64,000 nucleotides of DNA from an uncultured Methanoregulaceae archaeon (GTDB lineage Archaea; Halobacteriota; Methanomicrobia; Methanomicrobiales; Methanospirillaceae). Below the pieces are notes generated by a model that saw only the letters and a list, made by a program, of their open reading frames with translations, made no database searches and had not been told where the DNA came from. Each line of letters starts with the position of its first letter. Position 1 is the stretch's first letter. A program made the position numbers and the translations under genes. The stretch spans positions 96,001-160,000 of the forward strand of contig OY970343.1 of assembly GCA_963717525.1 (NCBI GenBank). The letters run 5' to 3'. Shown in pieces: positions 56,459 through 64,000 of this stretch.

Positions 56459-56923
56459 CTAGACCTTCGAATTTTCCGGTGAGTTAATACGATTTGTTGG
56501 AGGAGACGGTTTTCGGGTTTTACATTCTCCATGACCCCATGTGCTAAATGCCTCTTTCAATTTGGGGTAAATTTTTGTTTTCCAGTTTGAATGCTTGGAT
56601 GATAACGTCAAAGGTTTTCCACAAATGGAGCAGGGGACAATAAATTTTTCTTCATTCTCTAATTCCTTGTTCTTTGTTTCTAATTCGAGTGCATATTCTC
56701 GAAAATTATCACATTTATTTGCCAATTTCGATGTTTCCTCATTGAGGTCCATCTTTTCATGAATAAAATCAGTCATCCACTGTGAAAGCGGTTTACCTGA
56801 TGCCGCAATAATCGAATCAAGCCGTTGTTTATCTTCTTTCTTCACCCTGAATGTTGTCGAAGGATTATTCTCCCGATACTTGATTTGAGAAGGGTACTCC
56901 TCTTTCTTTGTCTCTTTTTTCAT
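56459..56923 (-). CDS. Small putative DNA-binding protein (RHH-like, coiled coil, CxxC)
   Basis: STTFRVKKEDKQRLD..SQWM, CSICG. Confidence 0.6.
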   Translation of the reverse strand: MKKETKKEEYPSQIKYRENNPSTTFRVKKEDKQRLDSIIAASGKPLSQWMTDFIHEKMDLNEETSKLANKCDNFREYALELETKNKELENEEKFIVPCSICGKPLTLSSKHSNWKTKIYPKLKEAFSTWGHGECKTRKPSPPTNRINSPENSKV

Positions 56924-56980
56924 ACTGGGCCTTCCGAATGCTCAAGGTGACTTTACATATCATACTATAAAATGCCACTA

Positions 56981-57051
56981 GAAATCTATACTGCAATCTA
57001 TCGGAGAATCTAGATGGAAATCTGTATGAGAATCTATGCGTAGCAATCTAT
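56981..57051. repeat. Six phased AATCT(A) repeats
   Basis: AATCT at 56983, 56995, 57007, 57019, 57031 and 57045. Confidence 0.65.
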
Positions 57052-57294
57052 ACTTTGAGCATAAAATTTTGCATGCTCGATTTGGAGTATTATAGAGACA
57101 GAAAACCACCTCGTTCATAACACGTAGTTGTCCATGGTTCTCCCACTCTTTCGGAGTGTAAGGAAAGATTCAGATTATAACATCCAAAAGGTACTAAACC
57201 ATAATATCCCTCACTGGAGAGTGCCTGGTGACCTGCATTGAGCGCTTGAAAGGGTAAATGATTATTTTCTGAAGACCAGCAGGATAGTAAAAAA

Positions 57295-58632
57295 TTATGT
57301 TTTCTTTGATTTTTTCTTTGATGCCAACAGCGTTGCTGCTATTCTCCCGCCTTCTGCAATTGATTCGTCTTCTTGTTTTCTCATATCCTCAGACATCAGG
57401 TCTCTCTTCTGGTAATCGAGAGTGTCCACGATATCTGCAAGCAGGTGAAGTTCTTCTTTCAGGGTGTCAATCTGTTCAGTTTGTGCTTTCAATTCAGCGA
57501 TCTGCGCGGTTTGTTCTTTCAATGCGGCAATTTCATCCGCTTGCTTCTTTACGACTTCCCTCAGCTGATCCTTTTCTATCAGGAGAGAAAGCATCTGGGA
57601 GTTAGCTTTGTTCTGATCGTCTTTGACGGCGAGGAGTTCTTTCTTCGTGCTTGTGGCACTTTCCCGGATCTCCCGGATGGCCTCAATGTAAAGTGTATGT
57701 TCGCCCTTGAGGTATTCTTCCTTGAGTTGAGCGACGGTGTACCGGCGGTAGTTCCCCGTTAAGTAGCCGGCGTGACCTGCAAGACACTCCGCAATTTCCT
57801 TCGATACGGCGAGAGAAAGCTGAGACAGAAAAAATTTTCGAAGCTGATGAACGTGATGGGTTGATCGCAAGGTATTGGGATCTACGGCGTTCTTTCCGAA
57901 TACTGCGATTACGGCCTCCCGGAAAAGTTCGTTCACGGTGTTCCCGCTAAATGGGAATAACCTGGGGTCGTTGATGTCCTTCGGCGTCGTTCGGTTTTTT
58001 AATCCGGTTCCCTTGTTCGCAACCGATGCGAGATATGCCGCGCGGATCTTCATCCATTCCCGTACTGCAGCGGTTGCTTCACTGGAAATAAACGTGATCC
58101 GGCCTTCCCCATTTTTTGTCTTTCCGTGTTCTGTCTTTGCTCGGATCTTGAGCACCGCAGGTATTGAGGTGAGATCCACATCATCGCACCGGATTTGAAG
58201 TAGTTCCCCGACGCGCATTCCCCCGGACGCTAAACAAAGGATCAGAGCTTTCCCCTTAATGTCCGTGTGCTGAATGAGGTTACGGATCGTTTCCGTGTCC
58301 ATGTCATCTTCCATAGTCATGACCCCACCCTTCGGGAGCTGGTTCTTGAGCTGCTTGATTTGCTTATCCGTGAAGGTTACATCACACAACCGGAGAAATG
58401 AATGAATCGTGTTGAACGTTTGAAGGGCAGACAATCCCGGTTTGTCTTTCTGCGTAACCTGGATAAACTTCTTGAAATCGGTGTGGTAATCCCTGCCTTC
58501 ATTGAAGTACTTCTCTACATATTCCCCGCAGTGCTCCCTTGTTGCCTCGGGGTAGATGAATCCCATGTACTGCGAGATTGCCGTGCGGTACCCCTTTATC
58601 GGTACTCTTTGACTTGTTTCCAAGGTCGTCAA
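57295..58632 (-). CDS. Tyrosine recombinase/integrase with C-terminal coiled coil
   Basis: SGGMRVGE (R), KTKNG (K), HQLRKFF (HxxR), LAGH, YRRY. Confidence 0.92.
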   Translation of the reverse strand: MTTLETSQRVPIKGYRTAISQYMGFIYPEATREHCGEYVEKYFNEGRDYHTDFKKFIQVTQKDKPGLSALQTFNTIHSFLRLCDVTFTDKQIKQLKNQLPKGGVMTMEDDMDTETIRNLIQHTDIKGKALILCLASGGMRVGELLQIRCDDVDLTSIPAVLKIRAKTEHGKTKNGEGRITFISSEATAAVREWMKIRAAYLASVANKGTGLKNRTTPKDINDPRLFPFSGNTVNELFREAVIAVFGKNAVDPNTLRSTHHVHQLRKFFLSQLSLAVSKEIAECLAGHAGYLTGNYRRYTVAQLKEEYLKGEHTLYIEAIREIRESATSTKKELLAVKDDQNKANSQMLSLLIEKDQLREVVKKQADEIAALKEQTAQIAELKAQTEQIDTLKEELHLLADIVDTLDYQKRDLMSEDMRKQEDESIAEGGRIAATLLASKKKSKKT

Positions 58633-58689
58633 AGAATTGGTCCAACCTTGTCATTGTGGCCATACTTTAGCATGATACGTCTGAATATA

Positions 58690-58720
58690 AAAAGTACTCC
58701 CTAGATTTAGGGAGACTTTT
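58690..58720. promoter_or_regulatory. Inverted repeat next to the integrase TATA box
   Basis: AAAAGT(A)CTCCCTA-GATT-TAGGGAGACTTTT. Confidence 0.5.
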
Positions 58721-58748
58721 TTGAAAATCTTCAGCTGCTGAATCATAC

Positions 58749-58806
58749 ATTTTCCGGAATTTTCAGATCATGACCCGTTCTTTTTAGGAATCTTAAGCTG
58801 CCGGAC
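58749..58806 (+). repeat. Right boundary direct repeat (att-like)
   Basis: ATTTTCCGGAAT..TCAG.TCATGACCCG..CTTTTT matches 24201. Confidence 0.65.
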
Positions 58807-58965
58807 TCTTGACCCATCATTGTCCAGTGCAGGAAGGAGATCGATTATCTCCGCGACATGAAGCCCGGTTATCGCAGTTCCGGAAGATGATCCTGAAGTG
58901 TGGTGGGGAAAAATCAGGCCGTCTTTATCGGCTGCAGCGGGTCTCTTCCCGGAACAGGGGAGGGA

Positions 58966-60236
58966 TCAGAGCGGCTTGTCCGCTATAGTGATCCCCGCCG
59001 CCACCATCCGCTCGCGGATCAGGTCCGCAACCGCGAACTGCTTTTGTGCCCGCAGTTCCGCCCGGATTTCATGGAGGACGCTCAGTGGGGCACTTGTCTC
59101 CTTTAGGAAATTGATCCCGAGGATCTCCCCGTATCCCCTGAGTGCCTCAAGGTCCCCGCTTCCCGCGAGTTTCTGGATCGCCGCAAGGGCCATGGGCGTA
59201 TTGAGATCGGATTCCATAGCCTTGACGAAGGCTTTACGTCCCTCCGCATCGGCCCCTTTGTCTTGGGTCGCAATCGCCCGGATATGGTCGAGCCCCTTTG
59301 CTGCATTCGCTAATCCATCATCGGTGGCCTGGAGCGGGGACCGGTAATGGGAGAGGAGGATGAAATACCGCAGAACATCCTTGTTCCAGGCCTTGAGCGC
59401 ATCCCGGATTGTAATGAAGTTCCCGAGCGATTTTGACATCTTTTCGCCTTTTACCGTGAGAAATCCCGTGTGCACCCAGTACCCGGACCATCGGGTGCTT
59501 CCCTTCCAGTGACTCCATCTGGGCGATCTCTGCCTCATGGTGGGGGAAGATCAGGTCAAGACCGCCGCCATGGATGTCGTACTGCTGCCCGAAGTACTTC
59601 TCGGATATTGCCGTGTCTTCGATATGCCACCCGGGCCTGCCCCTGCCCCAGGGAGAGTCCCAGGTGTACTCACCGGTACTCCCCGAGTTTCCAGAGCGCG
59701 AAATCCAGCGGGTTGTGTTTTGTTGCATCGGTAACGCGGCTGACCCGTAGTGCACGTTCCTGCCCCGACAGTTCCCCGTTGTGTTCGAACGTATCGAGAT
59801 TGAAATAGACCCCGGACTCCGTGACGTAGGCCACCTCTTTTTCGATGAGGCGCCGGACCTGTCCGATGATCTCCGGGATGTGGGTCGTGGCCCGGGCATA
59901 GTAACTGACAGCGTCTATCCCAAGGGACTTCATGTCCCGGAGGTATTCGGCCTCGAACCTCCGTGCAAGGGTGGACTGGGATATGCCGTCTTCCTTTGCA
60001 CGGTTGATGATCTTGTCGTCCACGTCCGTGATGTTCTGGAGGTAGAATACCTCTTTTCCGGTCCACCGGAGGTACTTTGCAAGCACGTCGAAGACCACGT
60101 AGGTCCGGGCATGACCCAGGTGCGAATAATCATAGACAGTCGGACCACAGACAAAGAGTGCCACCCGGCCCGGGTGAAGGGTTTCGAGCGGCTCAACGGT
60201 CCGTGACAAGGTGCTGTACAGTTCCATAACGATCAT
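58966..60236 (-). CDS. cysS: Cysteinyl-tRNA synthetase (frameshifts near 59676 and 59482)
   Basis: [44 protein letters not shown] across three frames. Confidence 0.92.
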
Positions 60237-60251
60237 CCCCTGGTTATCTGA

Positions 60252-60324
60252 CGCCGGCGGGTGGAGTCGAACCCCCAGACATTCGCTTTGCAGGCGAAGG
60301 CATTAACCGTTCTGCCACACCGGC
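60252..60324 (-). tRNA. tRNA-Cys(GCA), non-canonical (A37, G73)
   Basis: GCCGGTG/CGCCGGC acceptor, TTCGC-CTGCAAA-GCGAA anticodon arm, GGGGG-TTCGACT-CCACC T arm. Confidence 0.92.
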
Positions 60325-60953
60325 CCAATGTTCGTTTCTGTGATGTGATACTATCCCCTGCACTCCCGGGTACTGTGGGATGAGAAGTAAAAATTATCGG
60401 ACCGGGGAACCGGATGATTTCCCGGGATCACAGCAGGTGCGTGCTGTGCTGCATGAGGCGATATTCTCCGTAAGGATCACGACAGCCCTGTGGTACAGCC
60501 GTGGATCCGGGAGGATATGAGGACGTGAAATCAGGATATAATTCTCACGGACACATACCAGGGACTGCAGATCGTCCGCGGGTTATGCGGTGTACGGTCA
60601 TTAATGCGCCGATCCTGGTTCGCGCCGGAGGCGTACAGGTACTGCCCGGAGCTCCGGATACCGCTGAGCCATTCCACCGGCCTTCCCGGCAGGATGCCGG
60701 CAGAGGACCCGGCAGCACCGGGTACATCCGGGCCGGCCCCGTGTCCAGCGATATTCGCGTGGTGTGTGTTCATGGCTGTTGTCCTGTTCACTACGGTGAA
60801 CAACAAAGTTAGGGCATGCAGGCTCTTATATCCTGATTTTGTGTCATGTTTTGCCGCAAGATATGTATCTTCCTGCAGGAATGGGATCACAGAGCATTGG
60901 ATCAGGAAGATGTTTTTTGCCGGAAACCAAGGTATAATAACAGGCTCCGGACA

Positions 60954-60969
60954 ATTAACAATTGTGAAC
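60954..60969. promoter_or_regulatory. Putative sulfur-regulon operator upstream of cysK
   Basis: ATTAACAATTGTGAAC. Confidence 0.6.
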
Positions 60970-61023
60970 TTCCGGGTCCCAACGGTTCGTGAGGGGAAAT
61001 CCCGGATTCATGAAGGGAACAGC

Positions 61024-61956
61024 ATGGCAAAAATATATGATAATATCACGGCAACCATCGGCAACACCCCGCTTGTACGGCTGAACCGCCTTCCCGGTGG
61101 TGCAGGTGCAACAGTGCTTGCAAAGCTTGAGTCATTCAACCCGTTGAGCAGTGTCAAGGACCGGATCGGTGTTGCAATGCTCGACGAGGCTGAAAAGCGC
61201 GGGTTGATCAAAAAGGATACGATCATTCTCGAACCAACGAGCGGCAACACCGGTGTGGCGCTTGCGTTCGTGAGTGCGGCCCGGGGATACAAGCTGACGC
61301 TGGTTATGCCGGAGACCATGAGTGTCGAGCGGAGGAGACTCGCAAAAGCATTCGGGGCAGAGCTGGTGCTTACACCGGGTGCTGAAGGGATGAAAGGGGC
61401 TGTTGCCCGGGCCGAGAAGATGGCAGCCGAGAACCCGAAGTACTTTTACATTCCCCAGCAGTTCAACAACCTGGCGAACCCTGCCATCCACCGGAAGACC
61501 ACCGCCGAAGAGATATGGCGGGACACGGACGGGAAGGTCGATATTCTCGTTGCCGGTGTGGGGACGGGAGGAACGATCACCGGCATCGCAGATGTCATCA
61601 AGAAGAAAAAACCCTCGTTTCAGGCAATAGCCGTCGAACCCGATGCATCGCCGGTCCTCTCCGGCGGGTCTCCCGGCCCCCACCGGATCCAGGGAATCGG
61701 CGCGGGCTTTGTCCCGGCAGTGCTCCAGCGCGAGCTCGTGGACGAGATCATCCGTGTCAAAAACGAGGATGCATTCGAGACGACACGGAGACTTGCAAAA
61801 GGGGAGGGCATCCTCGCAGGGATCTCCAGTGGCGCTGCGACCTACGCGGCACTTGCGGTGGCAGCACGCCCGGAGAACAAGGGCAAGACCATTGTCGTTA
61901 TCCTGCCGGATACCGGTGAACGCTACCTGAGTATTCCTGACCTGTTTGTGGAATAA
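61024..61956 (+). CDS. cysK: Cysteine synthase A
   Basis: [37 protein letters not shown]. Confidence 0.96.
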   Translation: MAKIYDNITATIGNTPLVRLNRLPGGAGATVLAKLESFNPLSSVKDRIGVAMLDEAEKRGLIKKDTIILEPTSGNTGVALAFVSAARGYKLTLVMPETMSVERRRLAKAFGAELVLTPGAEGMKGAVARAEKMAAENPKYFYIPQQFNNLANPAIHRKTTAEEIWRDTDGKVDILVAGVGTGGTITGIADVIKKKKPSFQAIAVEPDASPVLSGGSPGPHRIQGIGAGFVPAVLQRELVDEIIRVKNEDAFETTRRLAKGEGILAGISSGAATYAALAVAARPENKGKTIVVILPDTGERYLSIPDLFVE

Positions 61957-61967
61957 GTGAGAGAACC

Positions 61968-62933
61968 ATGGTTTTTGACCGCCTACGGGAAGACATACGG
62001 GCAATCTTTTCCCGGGACCCCGCCGCCCGCTCCACGCTTGAGATCCTCGTCTGCTACCCGGGGCTCCACGCCCTCTGGTTCCACCGGAGGGCCCACTGGC
62101 TCCAGGCCCACAACCTGAAATTCTGGGCCCGGTTTGTCTCCCATATCAGCAGGTTCCTTACGGGAATTGAGATCCATCCCGGAGCCGTGATCGGCCGGCG
62201 GGTGGTCATCGACCACGGGATGGGGGTCGTTATCGGCGAGACAGCGGAGGTGGGAAACGACGTCCTCATCTACATGGGGGTGGTGCTGGGCGGTACTGCA
62301 CTCGAGAATGTCAAGCGCCACCCGACTATAGAGGACGGTGTGATCCTTGGTTCAGGCGCCATCGTCCTTGGTCCCATCCGGATTGGCAAGGGCGCAAAGG
62401 TCGGTGCCGGGTCAGTCGTGGTCCGGTCTGTCCCGCCCGGCGCGACGGTTGTCGGTGTCCCGGGTAGGATCGCCGGCCCGGAGCATAGCTCTGCGGTAGA
62501 AACCATCGAAGAAGTCATGCCTGACCCGATGCTCCGGGTGGTGAGCCGGCTGCTGGACCGGCAGAACCAGCTTGAAGAGCGGCTCCGCGCCTTTGAGCAG
62601 GTGCAGCCCGGCCCAATCTCTCCCGCAGCCCGGCAGGAGATTGTCTGTGAGAACGAGATCCGTGAAGCGTTGAGGGAAGTCATTGATCCCGAGGTAGGTA
62701 TCGATATCGTAGACCTCGGGCTTATCAAGGAGATACGGGTGAAGGGCGACAGCGTGGAGATTGACATGGTTCTCACCTGCAAAGCCTGCCCGCTCTCCGA
62801 TCACCTCTCCGGACAGGTGCAGCGCAGGGTACTGGGGGTCTGCGGTATCGGGCACGTGACCGTGAACGTGCTTGACGAGCCATGGAACTGGGACCGGTTT
62901 GTGAAACAGCGGGGAAACCTTAAACAGGTCTGA
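61968..62933 (+). CDS. cysE: Serine O-acetyltransferase fused to a DUF59/SufT domain
   Basis: [26 protein letters not shown]; then [19 protein letters not shown]. Confidence 0.92.
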   Translation: MVFDRLREDIRAIFSRDPAARSTLEILVCYPGLHALWFHRRAHWLQAHNLKFWARFVSHISRFLTGIEIHPGAVIGRRVVIDHGMGVVIGETAEVGNDVLIYMGVVLGGTALENVKRHPTIEDGVILGSGAIVLGPIRIGKGAKVGAGSVVVRSVPPGATVVGVPGRIAGPEHSSAVETIEEVMPDPMLRVVSRLLDRQNQLEERLRAFEQVQPGPISPAARQEIVCENEIREALREVIDPEVGIDIVDLGLIKEIRVKGDSVEIDMVLTCKACPLSDHLSGQVQRRVLGVCGIGHVTVNVLDEPWNWDRFVKQRGNLKQV

Positions 62934-63192
62934 TTTCAGCCCTCGTCCGCCATTGTACGCCATACGTAGTGGCATCAGGACGGGAAGATCATTTCGTGAT
63001 CAAATATTTTTGCCGCGTATAGTATCTCATCGGTATCCTTGCCGCGAAAGGCGATTTGGGCAGGGGCTTTGTAGGTTCCCACCCTCTCCTGGTCTTCGGT
63101 CTGGATCCGAAAACAGCAATCGACCCGGGAGAGAATTATGGATCCAGAGAAAATGCTTTTTAAAAAGCCAGGAAAACAAACAGAACCCAATA

Positions 63193-63531
63193 TTAAGTGC
63201 CGCACCTGCGGCTCTCCGTGCTGCTCCCGCACTGGTACTCCTCACCCTCACGGAGCTGGTGGCAGATATCGCAGGTGCGCTGCACGAGGTTTATGCCCTT
63301 TCCCTCTTTTAAATCCCGGGCAAGCTGTTCTATTGACTGCTTCACATCGTTCTCGAACTCGATACGGTAACCGCGTTTCCCGGAGAGATACTGGGAGACC
63401 GCTGAAGGTGCAATTTCCAGCATCCGTGCTGCTTCGACCTGCGACACGCCACATTTCACGAGCTCCACCGCTATAGCTGCACGGATCGCCGGCAGTACAT
63501 CCCATACGATCTTCTGGCAGGGGGCTTCCAT
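63193..63531 (-). CDS. Cys-containing HTH transcriptional regulator
   Basis: PCQ..VLPAIRA..SQVEAARMLEIAPSAVSQYLSGKRG..CDIC. Confidence 0.85.
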   Translation of the reverse strand: MEAPCQKIVWDVLPAIRAAIAVELVKCGVSQVEAARMLEIAPSAVSQYLSGKRGYRIEFENDVKQSIEQLARDLKEGKGINLVQRTCDICHQLREGEEYQCGSSTESRRCGT

Positions 63532-63551
63532 TATATCACAACCTTTAAGTT

Positions 63552-63592
63552 ATCACAATTGTTACATAATAGATTGTATTCACAATTGTGAA
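63552..63592. promoter_or_regulatory. Operator pair in the regulator/iscS divergent promoter
   Basis: ATCACAATTGTTAC (63552) and perfect palindrome TTCACAATTGTGAA (63579). Confidence 0.65.
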
Positions 63593-63757
63593 TTTGCTGC
63601 GGAACCTTAAAAAAGTACCCCAAATGCATCGTTCACGCGGGAGCTTGAATGGAATACGAACCAATCCTGCCCAAAAAGGCCGCCCGCATCTTCAGGATAA
63701 CAAAAGAATAATCAGACGATAAGCGCACATATTCACGTAAAGACAAGGAAAGAGAGC

Positions 63758-64000
63758 ATGGGAAAACCGCGTATCATCTACATGGACCATTCCGCAACGA
63801 CCTACACAAAAGAGGAGGTTGTCGATGCAATGCTTCCCTACTTCACCCGGCACTTTGGCAACCCTTCGTCCATCTACGGTATCGCACGCGAATCAAAGAC
63901 TGCCATCGATACGGCCCGGGCCCAGGTGGCAAAAGCAATCGGGGCACAACCCGATGAGATCTATTTCACCTCGTGCGGAAGTGAATCCGACAACTGGGCG
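63758..64000 (+). CDS. iscS: Cysteine desulfurase IscS/NifS, N-terminal part
   Basis: [30 protein letters not shown]. Confidence 0.92.
   Translation, partial: MGKPRIIYMDHSATTYTKEEVVDAMLPYFTRHFGNPSSIYGIARESKTAIDTARAQVAKAIGAQPDEIYFTSCGSESDNWA

Larger units (their letters stand above)
24201..58806. mobile_element. Genomic island with tyrosine recombinase and an array of Xer-like sites
   Basis: Imperfect direct repeats at 24201 and 58749, terminal integrase, mosaic base composition, splits a sulfur gene cluster. Confidence 0.7.

Noticed and set aside
24201..58806. CRISPR array or classical integron attC cassettes
   Set aside because: No regularly spaced repeat-spacer units and no cas genes. 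No RYYYAAC..GTTRRRY hairpins were seen at cassette ends.
60604..61023. 140-aa N-terminal extension of CysK
   Set aside because: Homology begins at MAKIYD (61024), and the upstream part contains promoter and operator sequence.

Overview
This looks like a Methanomicrobiales (Methanoregula-like) chromosomal segment. The host backbone is a large sulfur/cysteine cluster: coenzyme M synthesis, tRNA thiolation, FdhD, LarE, NadA, tRNA-Cys-SepCysS-MetY-MetX-ThiI, then CysRS/tRNA-Cys2, CysK, a CysE-DUF59 fusion and IscS. A ~34.6 kb island (about 24,200-58,800) splits this cluster. It is bounded by an imperfect direct repeat and ends in a tyrosine recombinase. The main finding is inside the island: nearly every junction between cargo modules carries one to three 28-bp dif/Xer-like sites (11-bp arm, 6-bp spacer, 11-bp inverted arm; consensus TTCCTTTWA-N6-TWAAAGGAA). 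There are about 15 copies in about five spacer classes. This suggests an archaeal recombinase-site cassette array, analogous to pdif modules or integrons, carrying defence-like, surface-protein and metabolic cargo. Other notable points are a non-canonical tRNA-Cys (G73, A37) next to a CysRS with a Cys-to-Asp zinc ligand, a palindromic operator (TTCACAATTGTGAA) shared by sulfur genes, and a conserved structured leader before two mosaic secreted proteins. Frameshifts cluster at GTAC/AGCT and are probably methylation-linked sequencing errors rather than pseudogenes. All calls are by eye; no searches were run.
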